Made by a program: the position numbers and the translations under genes
Part shown: piece by piece, positions 25,401-39,067 of the stretch
How positions within the stretch are numbered: position 1 is the stretch's first letter
Layout of the letters: each line of letters opens with the position of its first letter
Assembly (NCBI RefSeq): GCF_963506605.1
Contig: NC_083294.1
Coordinates: 33,108,001-33,172,000 of the forward strand
DNA length: 64,000 nucleotides
Direction of reading: 5' to 3'
Source of the DNA: Zootoca vivipara
Taxonomy: Eukaryota
The notes under the pieces: generated by a model
Seen by the model: only the letters and a program-made list of their open reading frames with translations
Databases searched by the model: none
What the model was told of the DNA's origin: nothing

Positions 25401-26552
25401 AATAAATATTAACTGTTGCTAAGCCCCAAAACAACCTGACAAAGATCTATCAAACAACCTTCTTCAGAGAATGTCCTTTTCCTCATACCAGATACTTGTA
25501 GAATAACATCAGCACAAGTACCTTCTTAGCTTCCTGGATCAAACCAACCAACTCTGGTATTTGTGTCCTTTTTGAATAGCTAGAAAGAACAGAGACTCAG
25601 ATAATTATGGAGTAACCATGCTGGGAGTATCACGGGGCTACATGAATCAATTAACAACAATTTTTAAGTAATGAAAAATCTGCCCTGATTAACTGAGTAC
25701 AGATTTTTTAAAAATAACAATTAATATATGTACTTATTAAAAATAAAAATATGTATATTAGCACAACATCTTGATTTATGTTTTTTTGGCAGAATATTAT
25801 GCCAGAGGTAACCTGGCCATTAATCTGGAATGCAGCAAAAGCCTTTATTTGTTTGTTTGTTTTTTAAAAATGATTGAGAAAAACTCTGAACAATGGAAAA
25901 AGAACATCTAAAAATTTTCAGTGATAAAATAACTCATTACTATATAACAATGATCACTACATCTCTCTTGATTTTTTTTAAAAAACAAAAACTCCCCAGA
26001 TTCATGGTCAGAAACTATAATTGAAGTTCTTCCTAACCAAGGATCCTAAATTATTCCAATCATAGTGATAGATTTCTTTACTAAACCAAGATGCCAGTAT
26101 ATGATCCTCCATAACTGAAAGTGTTTGAGTAGCAAGAACCATTTCAATAAATGATTCCTGGTGGCAGATTTAAAGAATGGTTTGACATCCTATATAAGGA
26201 CTCAACAGTGATTTTTTTTGTGTGTGTTAACAGTTATTTCTCAAAGGCATTAAGATTAGAGAGTGAAACATGTCCAGGGTGCCCATTATCTCTGTTGTTG
26301 CTCGCATTTTTTTTAGAACCAACAGCAAGGTTGATAAGAACCAACCAAAGGATCAATGGATTTAACTTAGGGTTGAAAGAATTCAAGATTTCACTGTATG
26401 CAGAAGATACAGCATTTTTTTAAAAAAAAAAACCAACAACCCAGAAACATCAATACATCAACACCTTTCGAGCAGGATCTGGTTACAAGATCAAAAATAC
26501 TTAATCAGTGAGTTTCAGAATAAACCTGACAACTCAAGTGATAAATACCTTC

Positions 26553-26716
26553 TAGAATCATAGAATCATAGAATTGTAGAGTTAGAAGGGACTCTGAGGA
26601 TCATCTGGTCCAACACCTGCAAGGCAGGAACCCAGCCCACAGCCATCCCTGGCTGGGCTCGAACCACCAACCTTCCAGTTGACAGCCAGGTGTGCTGACC
26701 CATTGTCTACCAAGAC
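26553..26716 (-). mobile_element. tRNA-head SINE with CR1-type (TTCTATGA)n tail
   Basis: Minus-strand GGTTCGAGCCC B box, CR1 3' motif and octamer repeats. Confidence 0.75.
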
Positions 26717-26962
26717 TTCGGATTTCAATTAAAAATAGAGCAATAGAATACTTAGGGGTTTTGTTGCACCCACATTCACAAATAACCACTGATTATAGCT
26801 ACAATAATAAAAGCACGCAAATAGTCTTAAAATAGCTGAAGATCTTTAAAGGTGGCAGACACTACAACTTTCTTGGGTGGGTACAATATCAGCTATCTCT
26901 ATGAATATTCTACCCAATCTGCTATTCTTACTATCCAAAACTTAATTCTCTACAGAAGAAGA

Positions 26963-27315
26963 TAAAGGTAAAGGTAAAGGGACCCCTGACCATTAGCTCC
27001 AGTCGTGACCGACTCTGGGGTTGCGCGCTCATCTCGCATTATTGGCCGAGGGAGCCGGCATATAGCTTCCAGGTCATGTGGCCAGCATGACAAAGCCGCT
27101 TCTGGCAAACCAGAGCAGCACATGGAAACGCCGTTTACCTTCCCGCTGTAGCGGTTCCTATTTATCTACTTGCATTTTTGATGTGCTTTTGAACTGCTAG
27201 GTTGGCAGGAGCTGGGACCGAGCAACAGGAGCTCACCCCGTCACAGGGATTTGAACCACCGACCTTCTGATCAGCAAGTCCTAGGCTCAGTGGCCCACAG
27301 CGCCACCTGGGTCTC
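26963..27315 (-). mobile_element. Sauria SINE
   Basis: Reverse complement of the 14502 family. Confidence 0.93.
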
Positions 27316-27781
27316 TTAACAGCTGGGTCAGCAAAACTCTTAACAGCTCTCGATTGGGCTACTAGGAACTTTACAGTACACAATTAAGGAAACACTTTGG
27401 TATAAACCTAAGAGAAATAGGCATGATTGATAGGTTTAGGCCTCTACAAAAGAAATTTATAAACTCTGGTTTCATTATTTCCAAATTTTCTCGAATGATT
27501 TCAGTTTTAAGAAATGGTTTCGTAGGCAACAAATTTCAATCATTTTTAGATTCTGTGCAGGATCAAATTACTTCATATAAACAGGCAGCAATAGCAAAAT
27601 GAAATTCTTGCTGTGAATTTCTATGCTCAAGGCTTGGTTTACTTGGGGGATTTAGCTATCTGCCCCTCACTCACTGCCACACCACATAAAGAATAGTTAA
27701 GTGCTATATATTTTAATCCACAAAACTATTTGTTGAGCCTTTAAAGCTCAACTCTTTAAAGATACTTTTCCAAATATTCCT

Positions 27782-28416
27782 CCTGGAATACTGTGCTTGG
27801 TTCTGGGTGTCACAATTTAAGAAGGATATTGACACGATGTAATGTGTGCTGAGGATGGAAACCAAGCCTTATGAAGGCCAAGGGAGCTGGGTATGTTTAG
27901 CCTGGAAAAGAGGAGATTTAGAGGAGATATTATAGTCAGGGTGTTTCTCTCCCCCCCCCCCCAAGTAGGAACTCACAAGAACTCAGTTCTGGCATCTTTC
28001 AGGTGGGCACCATTGCACCATTGCAAGAGAACAAGGGAGGTGTTCATGGTGAGTACTGGCAACTCTTTTTCTTGAAAAATAGCACTGATTATAACCATCT
28101 TCAAATAACTAAAGGGCTGTGGCACAAAAGATGGAGCAAGCTTGTTTTCTCCCGCTCAGAAAGGTAGGAGCCATACTAAAGAATTCAAGTTACAGGAAAG
28201 GAGATTCCGACTAAACCTCAGAAAAGAACTTTCTGACAGTAAGAGCTGTTCAATAGTGGAGCGGGCTCCCTCAGGAGGTTGTGGACTCTCTTTCACTGGA
28301 GGTTTATACAGAGGTTCGATGGCCATCTGCCATGGATGCTTTAACTGAGATTCCTGCATTGCAGGGGTTTAGACTAGATGACCCTCAAGTTACCTTCCAA
28401 CTCTGCAAGTCTATGA
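27782..28416 (+). mobile_element. CR1 3' fragment containing a nested hAT-like MITE (27937-28087)
   Basis: LGMFSLEKRRFRGD...FKLQERRFRLN CR1 C-terminus. MITE CAGGGTG...GCACTG has imperfect TSD attatagt/attataac. Confidence 0.85.
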
Positions 28417-29459
28417 AACAGCTCTGTACTGAAGCAAAAGAAATGCACAGTTGGTCTGAAGTGCATATATATATGATATATCAGCATATTATTTGAAACA
28501 AAAGGAACTTGTAAATGAAAGTATACAGGGTATGATAATCTTTATTTAGACATGTTAAAGCACATATAATGTATTTTATAGTAGACACATTTAAGCCATT
28601 TTAATACTTTGAAAATCAAGGTATGTCTCTGACAGCAAATAATTTAGTCTGACGAATGTAAGATTTCCATGCAACCTTTTATATCTTAGAAATCCAACTT
28701 AATTTACACATTATGCTATTAGTTCAAGTTACCAATACTTTCTGGAAGAACAAAGAATAAAATATAGAGTAAGAATACAATCATTCCTGGTTATTTTAGA
28801 AATCCACATCCTGAATGACTTTCAAAGATGTTTCAGCTGCCACTTCACACGTGTAAATTTGTATGGTATTTGTCATCATCTCACATTTAAGTATTCCTTC
28901 ATTACATTTATGTGAACAGCATATTTGCTCTGGGGATCGCAAGGGCAAATTTTAGATATTTTGATATTTTATTATTCCCTGTCCATTTTTCAGCTCTCCC
29001 TAGGCTTCCTATTATTGCTCTATCCACCCTACTGTTTGCATTATCTGTAAATTTAATTAAAGTTCTCTCTAGCTTTCTCTGCAGATCTCATATAAAGGAC
29101 TTAAATAAAGTTGGTTCCAACATGGATCCCAGAAGTACCCCCACTAAACATGTCAGGGTAATAATATATTGCTATTCATTACCTTTCTTTTAGGTTCCCC
29201 CAATTTCATTCTGTAATAAAAACAAATTAAAGACTCCACTTATTTTGACCATCTACATTAACAAGTGCTACATGATAATATCACTGCTTTTACTCATAGT
29301 TAGCTAGGAAGTCATAGTGGGTGTAGATTGAGACCACAAATCCAAATGCAACCCACCAGCCATTTGATTGATAATGCACCTCTATTTGCAGTTAAAATAG
29401 GATTTAGTCTATGGCTGAAGAATTGCTGCTGCAGGACATGGCAAAAATGTGCAATGATA

Positions 29460-29637
29460 CAGTCATACCTTGAGTTGTGAACGTGATCCGTGCAGGAGGC
29501 ACGTTTGCAACCTGCAGCGTTTGCAGCCTGAAGCACTGCGTCTGTGCATGCGTGTGACATGATTCGGTACTTCTGCGTGCTCGTGATATCATTTTGCACT
29601 TCTGCAACCTGCAGTGTTCGGAACCGAGGTATGACTG
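29460..29637. mobile_element. pogo/Tigger-like MITE
   Basis: TA|CAGTCATACCT...AGGTATGACTG|TA. Confidence 0.8.
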
Positions 29638-30539
29638 TATATGTTACAGTAGACCAGAATACATCAGGTATTTAAACCTGTTGTTGATTATATTAATTAA
29701 AAATACTTATGGAGTTATTTAATAAAGAATGGAAAACAATGTTTCTACATACTAAACCCCTTTTCCTCCAGATATCTAGAGTACCAGTCCTTTTCCCTTG
29801 CTTCCCTTTCAACCATTCACTTCTAGTGGTCTCACTCATTCCAACTCTCCCCAACATTCAATCTCTCTCTCCTGTTGTTCTTATGCTTCTATCACTCACT
29901 TTGTTACAAAGAGGATGCCTGGGTTCATGTAAAACAAGTTTAACAATAGATGTAAAAGCTAGACCAACAGACTCAGCCTAAGGAGCAGATTATAAACTAA
30001 ATGATAGAACTACGTATGTAATTAACAGTCATGCACATCTCATCATTTCAAAGCTGCCTATCTGTTTGTAATCTTTGCAAATAATGCAACTATATCTACG
30101 CTCTTCTCCGTGATATCTTCCAAACTAAGATGCGTGAAGAGAAGCTCAAATAAGAAATTCATTCCAACTTATTCATACTTCTGCTGTTATGGAGATTATG
30201 TGTGTGCTTTCACAGAAGAGAGTACAATAGCTGCTACTGTGCTCGAAGTGCTTTGAGGTAACTTATGCCAAATAGATTAAGTTTATGTGGGAAGACAACA
30301 CCTCAGGAATGAGATGTGGAAGAAGGATAGGCTGGATCAAGTAAAACACAAGTTTAGCTGAGAGGAGACAAATGGCAATTTAGAAACACAATAGCCTAAT
30401 CTAGTGGGGCTTTCTTCAAAGTAGTCTGCGGTACAGCATAGGGGGGATCGTACAGATAGAAGTTGGTATTTATTAGAAGAACTTCTACTACAGGCAAGTA
30501 TAAAAGCAGTTCACTGGACCACACACTATGGTGGTCACA

Positions 30540-30890
30540 AACCAACTAAAACCCTGTTGGCATCCATCTGTCGCAAGAGACAATGGAGTGCATCTCTGGG
30601 GGAGAAGTTAAACCACTGGAGAATAAAAGCTGTCTCCTGTGTGGTTTCTGCTGCATTAGCAGCATCTAAGTGATTTCTCTGGGGCACAAGCCTGGGCAAT
30701 GTGTATGGAAGTTCTAGGCTGCTCAGATGACATGTCCCCTCCTCAACCTCACTGATGTGGTCCAAAGGAAGGTAGAGTGGTTTGCTTGGCACCAGGAGTT
30801 GTCAGATGGAGGCATACAAGGCACCATCCAACTGTCCTAGGGACTCCACTCCATATTTTTGTAGGGTTTACTCCTTAGGATTTTCTTCAG
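30540..30890 (-). mobile_element. probable RTE-related non-autonomous retroelement fragment
   Basis: ggcatccatctgtcgcaagagacaatgg resembles the reverse complement of RTE 3' ends (recalled). Confidence 0.4.
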
Positions 30891-31035
30891 TTTACAGAAT
30901 CATTTGTGTTAGAATATAAAAAAAGCTGTTGCCCATCTTTTAGCTGATCAAAATGGTTTCAAGAAATGTAATCAACTATACATTACTGCAAAGTATTTTT
31001 GGGTGGTATGTGCACATATTATGTGTACACAAATA

Positions 31036-31215
31036 CAGTGGTACCTTGGAAGTCGAATGGAATCCGTTCCGGAAGTCTGTTTGACTTCTAAAATGTTCGG
31101 AAGCCATGGAAGCCCCATTCGATGTCCAGGTTCCAAAGAATGTTTGCAAACCGGAACACTCACTTCCGAGTTTGCGGCATTCGGGAGCCAAAACATTCGA
31201 CACACAAGGCATTCA
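31036..31215. mobile_element. pogo/Tigger-like MITE, truncated
   Basis: TA|CAGTGGTACCTTGGAAGTCGAATGGAATCCGTTCC. Confidence 0.75.
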
Positions 31216-32459
31216 GGACTTTATTCACTCAGAAGTTATAAGAAAAAATGCACCCACAATTACAATGCAACTAGAAATAGTTTTATAAAACTAAAGACTT
31301 TCTAGTCATTTAATAAAATGTAGTACAAGGAAGCAGAGAATCCCTATGACTCACTTAAAGTGTAGTTGATAAAAATGCACAGCTCAGATGTGGGAGGCTA
31401 TGATATTCCCTCCTGCATGATATACTTAATCATAGCTGGCAAATCTTGTGTCTCTTAATTTAACTACACAATTTTACTGTTTCCAGTTTCACTAGGGGAC
31501 GGAGGCAAATAAACAAGGGGCAATAAGCTCTGGAAGAATCTAATGTCAACTAAGATCTCTACACAATCTTGTTAAATCCTACATAAATGTATGTTTAATT
31601 TCACTGTCATGGAACTGTGAAGAATGCAAATATACTTAGTTTTGCTATTAGACTTCTACTCAGATTTTATCAGAAACCCATTTCTTTCTCTATTAATTAC
31701 AGTCAGTTCCAAAAATGGTAACCTATAGTATTTTTGTTAAAGGTAGTGCTCCTCCTCTTGCTACAACTTCCTTGGCTATTAAGTGTAAAAGATTATATTA
31801 CCATACTTTCCATTGACCACCTTACTTATCTCAGCAACTGTTTGCTCACAAGCAAATATTCACAGCAGGATGCCATGAAAGAAGAGCCATTTTAATTGTG
31901 CCTATGGTACACTGAGCATGTACAGTGATTTTTCTCTGCTTGCTTCCAATCAAATGTGCGACCCCTCCTACTGCTATAATAATAAATTACTTGGGAAAGT
32001 CATATTGCTCTTAGAGCCAGTTTGTTACACATCACACAGGATTCCTAAGCAAGAAATGCAACAACACTCCCATTCAATTATCTGCATCACAGTCACAATA
32101 TTTTGTACATCAACAACATTCTCTATCTACCTCTGCAAGTCCCCCACCCCCCACGCCAAGAAACCCAAAACCTTTTCAGGGATCAGCAGACTTACTTAAC
32201 ATTGTGGGCTGTGTTCCTATGGGGAAGAGGAAAACTGCCCCAAATTGAGCAAAATATCCTTATAACAGTGGAGCACCACAAATCATTCTGTATGATACAA
32301 CCCATAGGATTCTGTTGGTCCCTCACCTTCTGGAAAGACTTTTTGGGTGGCAGAAGAGTACAGCAAATTTGAGGGGAAAGGGGAAGGAGAGATTACTGCA
32401 AAAGCTGCCTTCTGTTCACACAGGCATTTAATACAAAATTCCTCAAGCTTAGCTAAACA

Positions 32460-32674
32460 TAAGGTAAAGGTAAAGGAACCCCTGACTATTAAGTCCAGTA
32501 GTGACCAAATCTGGGGTTGCGCGCTCATCTCGCTCTATTGGCCGAGGGAGCCGGCGTACAGCATGACAAAGCCACTTCTGGCGAACCACAGCAGCACACG
32601 GAAACGCCGTTTACCTTCCCGCTTGGAGCGGAACCTCTTTCTCTACTTGCACTTTGACGTGCTTTCAAACTGCT
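32460..32674 (-). mobile_element. Sauria SINE, 5'-truncated
   Basis: 3' half of the family sequence. Confidence 0.9.
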
Positions 32675-33311
32675 TGCTTCCCATGTTGCTGTCTTTCCCC
32701 TAGCATTGTCCCTAACAGTGTCCCCCACTAAGGAGCCACATAAAAATAACCAAAGGAAAGTAAAATGTAATTTTTGTTTACAGTGTCTACCTTCTCAGTG
32801 TCATAATTATAGCAGAAAAAATACATAAAATTATACAGCTGTATAATACACTGAGGCAAATGCTGCCATGTTAGTATTTGTCATATCACATTTTTATATA
32901 TTTCCTAATATGTTCCTGTTCATCCAGCCAGAAGTAAATGTGCTAATGATTTACGCTACAAGGAGAAGAGTTATTTTGCTGGTCTTATTCTCATCACTAC
33001 GTGAAAGAAAGAAAAGAAGCTTGGTTCAGATGGAATTCTGCACATGCCCTAAGGCTAAATATGTAATTTGGTTTTGCTCTGAGCAAAGACAATATAATTG
33101 TGAAGGACAAGGAAAGCCATTATTGTGTAAGTCTGTGAGAATCCCAGTAAGTGCCTACCATAATCAGGAGGCTGCATCTGGCCTTGGTTAATTCCAGAAT
33201 CTAGTAGCACATCTACCAGTAACTCACTCAAATGAAGTCAAACAACACTCTCAAATCAGTCAGTAATCTCCCACTGGAAATAAATAGCCTACCACACCCT
33301 AATTAGCACCC

Positions 33312-33700
33312 TCGTACCTTCGGGACTGCCTCTCCCAGTATGCCCCACGGAGAACCTTAAGGTCCACAAATGGCAACACCTTAGAGATCCCAGGCCCTAA
33401 GGAAGTCAGATTAGCCTAAACCAGAGCCATGGCCTTTTCAATATTGGTGGAATGCTCTGTCTCATGAGACCAGGGCCCTGTGGGATTTGATTTCTTTCCG
33501 CAGGGCCTGTAAGACAGAGTTGTTCTGTCTGGCCTTTGGCCTGGAATCAACTTGATCCCCTCCCCCTTTTTCTGATGAGGCTGCATTTTAATTTTAATGT
33601 TGTATTTAATCTTGTTTTAAAGCTGTATTTTAATTAATAGTTTTATATTTGGTATTGGCTGCGGAGGGTGGGGTATAAATAAATTTTATTAATATTATTA
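33312..33700 (+). mobile_element. L2 3' fragment
   Basis: PSYLRDCL..Y.P.RTLRS..L; T-rich UTR ending gggtataaataaat. Confidence 0.75.
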
Positions 33701-33905
33701 TTAATTAAATAAAGCATATTTCTACATTCTCTGTGAAATGAGAATGGCATAATAACCTCTCCCTGTGCACAACAGCATGTCCTAAAAAGGATATTGTTTT
33801 TTGCTTTGTTTTTATATAGAGCAAATATCCAACAAGGTTGTTTAGGGGCCAAAACATTTAATTGGGCTGCTGGTGCCCCACAAAATACATACACACATAT
33901 ACACA

Positions 33906-33908
<3 letters not shown>

Positions 33909-33947
<39 letters not shown>
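33909..33947. repeat. (GT)n microsatellite
   Basis: Seen directly. Confidence 0.98.
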
Positions 33948-33950
<3 letters not shown>

Positions 33951-34156
33951 CGGTATATATAATTTTAATGTAGAATATACTTATTTTAAGTGTGTTATTT
34001 TTATAAGCTGTCCTGGGACTATTTGATGAAAGGAAGCATATGCTGCAAGGTAATAAATATATAATACAGCCCCCTCCCCACCCAAGTCCAAGAACAGAAA
34101 TGAGAAGGAATCCATTCACACCTATAAAAAGAATGCCAAGATTCCATGCTCTATTT

Positions 34157-34470
34157 CAGGCATGTCCAACAGGTAGATCACTGGATCACCGGTAGATCAC
34201 TGGATCACCGGTAGATCACTGGACACCTGTGGTAGATCACTGGCTCCCCCCAACGAAGCTGAACAACTGTGGCTCCCTAAAAAACCCTCAGTATTTTACC
34301 TACTCCCTGAAAAAAACTCAACAACTTTGACCTGAACCCCCCAAAAATGGGCTTTCCTCCTTCCTAAAAAAGGAAGGAACTTTGACCTGAACCCCAAAAG
34401 AGGGGGTAGATCACTGCCAGTTTTTAACTCTGTGAGTAGATCGCAGTCTCTTGGGAGTTGGCCACCCCTG
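34157..34470. mobile_element. hAT MITE with 19-bp subterminal tandem repeats
   Basis: CAGGCATGTCCAAC...GTTGGCCACCCCTG; perfect 8-bp TSD ctctattt. Confidence 0.9.
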
Positions 34471-34523
34471 CTCTATTTCAAGGGTTACATGTACTCCTTT
34501 GAATCAGGGTGCTGCATGTGTTC

Positions 34524-34873
34524 AAAGGTAAAGGGACCCCTGACCGTTAGGTCCAGTCGTGGACGACTCTGGGGTTATGCGCTTATCTCGCTTTACTGGC
34601 GAAGGGAGCCGGCGTTTGTCCGCAGACAGCTTCCAGGTCATGTGACCAGCATGACTCTGGAGAACCAGAGCAGCAAACGGAAACGCCGTTTACCTTCCCG
34701 CTGGAGTGGTACCTATTTATCTACTTGCACTTGACGTGCTTTTGAACTGCTAGGTGGGCAGGAGCTGGGACCGAACAACGGGTGCTCACCCCGTCGGGGG
34801 GATTTGAACTGCCAACCTTCTGATCGGCAAGCCCTAGGCTCTGTGGTTTAACCCACAGCGCCACCCGCGTCCC
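34524..34873 (-). mobile_element. Sauria SINE, full length
   Basis: Family match; TSD ctgcat(g/a)tgttcaaagg. Confidence 0.95.
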
Positions 34874-36169
34874 TGCATATGTTCAAAGGGGACAACAAAA
34901 GATAGAGCAACACATTTTAACAAGCAAGAATAGTTATAACAAATGTTTCTAGAGGATTATGCAATGGACCTGTGGTATTTTTCTTCCTGAAGGATTCTAC
35001 TTATTTTTTATTATTATTCATCTGCTATAGTGGAGAGAAAAACACAAATCTACCTACCAAGGGGCATGCTGAAGAGTTTCCTAATCCTGACTGACTGGTA
35101 GAGAAAGTTTTACTCCAGGAAGAGGACTCAGTGCATCAGATCAGCAGGGCATCATTAACACACTGACAAGGAATACTGACAGAATGTTAATGACATTAAC
35201 ACCCCATCAGCTATCAACACCTGGGATTTCCTCAAAGCTCATTATGGAGAAATAATTCACTTAAAGTATGTTGAGATGCCATTCCTGCACAGCACATTTC
35301 CCTTTGCAGTCAAGTCTAAACGAGATGAGGATTACATTGCTGCCTTATAACCAACATTAAAATCTGAACATATTCTACACTACAGCCTTCCCAGAAGTGA
35401 GTGAAAAGGATAAAAAAAATCAAGATAGTCTTCTCTGCTAAAATGTCATAGTAAATAAGGAAAGGGCTTGATGGTTTTTTCTGTAGATGTATTTCTTAAC
35501 ACTTAAAAGGGTTTGGAAATACATCAATTGTATATGATTTATAATGAGTTGGACCCAAATATTCCTGCCCCCATTTCATTGGAGGAAGATTCATTCAACT
35601 GGAACAAACGAATCTTCACTTTAAAGTATATCAATCAATAAAGTCTACCTCAGAGAATTATTTAAGAATGCATCTGATTACTCAAGTTCTTGTACTTGGA
35701 TCCAGACAACTATTTTTAGACACCCTCAAATACCTGAGCATCTCTAGGGGAATTCTTATTGTTATTTTACTTTTCTGCTAATGGTTTGATGGTACATTAG
35801 ATTAGGAGGGTTTTTTTGTTTGAAATTTGATGCTGGGTCCCAGTTATTGTAAATAGGACCACTTTTAAGAATCTTGATTAATTGACAATAGAATGGCTTA
35901 TTAACACCGCTTCACATTATGATGCTCTATCACCCTGTTCTCTGGGCACCTAAATATCCTGTTCAGGGCTACAGGGTTCTTAGAATAGGAGCGTTGCAGT
36001 GTTGTTTGGGGCTTGCAGATGACATCATTTCAGTTTTATTTTGCAGCTTCACTCACTACATGCCTTTTGCTTCAGGGGGAGTACAATTCCTGGATAGGAA
36101 CACCAAGAGTTCTTCCATCTGATTCAGGTTTAGTTTGTTTGCTCTCAGCAAAACCATTACCATCTCTGG

Positions 36170-36420
36170 GCACTGGTTCAGCACCATCACAGCTGCACAG
36201 AGAGGTAGAGCTGGGTGTCATCAGTATACAGCAGTAAGCCCCAGATTCCCCAATGACTGCACCCAAAACCTTCTTTCAGATGTTTGACAACACTGGATGC
36301 CAACAGATCAAGAAATATGAAGAGGGTTGCACTCCCTCCTTCCTCCATCTCTCTCTCAATAGCTGTCATTGACCTGAGTGACCAATACCATATTTGTGTC
36401 AGAATTGGTCCTGGAGCCAA
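36170..36420 (-). mobile_element. L2 RT fragment
   Basis: LLYTDDTQLY (YADDTQLY motif) and IFLDL. Confidence 0.7.
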
Positions 36421-36450
36421 TCTGAAATAGATTTATCCAATCAGGTTTAT

Positions 36451-36586
36451 CAGCCATAGGCAAACTTGGCCCTCCAGATGTTTTGGGACTACAACTCCCA
36501 TTATCCCTAGCTAACAGGACCGATAGTCATGGATGATGGGAGTTGTAGTTCCAAAACATCTGGAGGGCCGAGTTTGCCTATGCCTG
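36451..36586. mobile_element. palindromic hAT (Charlie/MER5-like) MITE
   Basis: Near-perfect fold-back cataggcaaact..ggccctccagatgtttt / aaaacatctggagggcc..agtttgcctatg; duplicated ggtttat flanks. Confidence 0.85.
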
Positions 36587-38718
36587 GGTTTATCTAATTA
36601 TGTTTGCTGTCATAAGCCCCTCTGAGATGTCTTGGTGGGACTGGTCAGAGGAGGAATATGATGACAATATGAATCTTGATCATGGGGAGGGGCCTACCAA
36701 TCTTGTAGGTGTTGACCTGAACTCTGGGGAGCGTCTGAGTACCTTGTTGGGGGGGGGGAGCCCTGCCTCACTGGGCAACTCAAGCATCAAGGAAGAGCTG
36801 CTCAAATTGGCCCCCGTTTCACCTCCTACCAGCGAAGCATTCCTCAACCCCACAGATGTACCGCAGACTACATTCAATAGTGAACAGACAGTGTCAACCC
36901 CTCCTCTGTCTCCAAGGATGTGACATAAGTTGTTCTGGTGTTAACAGACCCAGTCTACTCACTTGTTTGCTCAGTCCCATGGTTCAGGAATGAGACCCAA
37001 TGAAATGAATGTGCCTACCCAGCTCTTCAAAAAGGAGATCTCAAGGGGCATGTCAAGTGTTTGGGAAAAGTCTTGGCTTACATCTAGCCATGAACTCTAC
37101 AGCTAATCTACACACTTTGTAACTTGATATATGTTTGGGTATTCTGGAATAATACTTTTGGAAATAATTGTACTTAGACTCTGAGTACTATGCCCACAAA
37201 TGGGAGAAGTGCAGCTTTTCTACTTGCTTTCCCACTGTGGAGATAAGAGTATAGCACGTAGCCAGATACCTGTTGCCCTTTTCAATTATCTGAAATATCC
37301 TCTCCCCTTAGAAATATAGTGGTAGTTCCAAATCTATGTTGAATTTCAATTGTTTTTGTTTTCCCATCAGATATTATCCAAAAGTATATTATCTCACAAA
37401 CTAAAAGACTGAGGGGACAGATAATTTAGTAAAATAAAAAGTAAATGGTACAGTTTTATTTAAGAGTGCTGGCTTCCTGTTGAAATGTGTAGCATTCACA
37501 TCTCAAATTTTATTATTGACAATTACAAAATTATGCAATTATAACAAAAAGATCTCTGACCCTCATAGTGCAACTGGTAAGTTACAATGCAGCCTCTCTT
37601 TAAGTAATAGAATAATGCAAAGAAATGAGCTACAAGTCATATATACCGGTAATGACTTTACTGGTAGACCATAGTTTGTACAGAAATAGAAAAGCAACAC
37701 ATGGTTCCAACTAGTGAATTCATTTAATCATTATATTATTTATGTATTTAAAGATCAGTTATTAGGCTCTGTGAAATCCTAATAAAAATTCTTTTAAAAT
37801 ATTTTGCTTTTATCTTTAAGAGACGCACAGAATAAAAAAAAACCCTCACAATTTAATGTAATTCCTATCCCATGTGGACAAACAGTTACACTTTGGTGAC
37901 AATAATGAAGAATAACCAGCCATCTGTAACTTGCTGATATAGAATGCAGAGGACTTTCATTTTAAAATGCCTTAATTACCTGAAGAAAGAGAGAAACAAT
38001 ATAAGAAGTCAAAGCTAAGTTCACAAGGCTCTGAAATTGCTTTTCTTTTTCTAAATTATCAAAGCTAGGCTTCTCAGTGTTGAATGTTTCCAGGATGATT
38101 TTAGCAGAAGCCTTATTAAAGGAAGAGTTTGCTCAAGCAGAAAAGCAGGAAGAAATTGCCAGAATCCTGGTGGCAAACCTAATTGAGCTTCCATTCACAT
38201 AACAGAAGCATACCTGCACAATCCATCCCAAGAACAGTTTTATGGAGTTAAAGAGGAAAATTGTGAGGTGGTCCACATGTCAACAAAGAATCACTGAAGC
38301 GAAACATGACATCCTAGTAGCCATTTTCTTTTGCCTTCCGATCCCTAATCTAAAAGAAGAATCAAGTAACACAGCCCTAGCTACTGGCTACGTTTCTGCA
38401 TAACCCCTGCTAACAACAGATTTTAACAGATTCTAATAAAACAGTTTCACAGAGATGCCTGAGGCCAAACTGTCACAGAGGTTGGGGCTGGGGCTGGACC
38501 ACCTATGAGGCGGACTGAAACATCCACCTTAGGTGATGGAACCCCGTAGGGAAGCACTGCTGCCAGGGTCACACAGTTGTGGCGGCTTCAAGCAATATCT
38601 TATGAAACTCTCATGAGATCTAGCCAGAAGCTGCTGCCACTGTACAACACCAATAAGCAAAGCTTTGCCGGGAGTAGGTGGGGGCGCATTTTGCAGGTGA
38701 GGGCTCATACACATGATT

Positions 38719-39067
38719 AAAGGTAAAGGGACCCCTGACTATTAGGTCCAGTCGTAACCGACTCTGGGGTTGCGCGCTCATCTCGCATTATTGGCCAAGG
38801 GAGCCGGCGTATAGCTTCCAGGTCATGTGGCCAGCATGACAAAGCCGCTTCTGGCAAACCAGAGCAGCACATGGAAACGCCGTTTACCTTCCCGCTGTAG
38901 CGGTTCCTATTTATCTACTTGCATTTTGACGTGCTTTCAAACTGCTAGGTTGGCAGGAGCTGGGACCAAGCAACGGGAGCTCACCCCGTCACTGGGATTC
39001 GAACCGCCGACCTTCTGATCAGCAAGCCCTAGGCTCAGTGGTTTAACCACAGCGCCACCTGGGTCCC
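38719..39067 (-). mobile_element. Sauria SINE, full length
   Basis: Family match; TSD acacatgattaaa. Confidence 0.95.

Larger units (their letters stand above)
25780..27720 (+). mobile_element. decayed L1 ORF2 (RT) fragments interrupted by SINEs; boundaries approximate
   Basis: ORF 26151..26423 GCPLSLLLLAFFLEP..IR..KISLYAED, matching the RT motifs QGCPLSP and YADD. Confidence 0.75.

Noticed and set aside
33786-33794. Second perfect ATATCCTTT on the minus strand inside the U12 intron
   Set aside because: No upstream branch point/AC or exon. A chance 9-mer is plausible in 29 kb of AT-rich DNA.
34172-34245. 19-bp repeats as a CRISPR-like array
   Set aside because: No unique spacers; they are hAT subterminal repeats in eukaryotic DNA.
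36600-37200. 107-aa acidic ORF or Gypsy solo LTR
   Set aside because: It starts with TGTCA but I found no matching CA end or TSD, and no recognisable protein.
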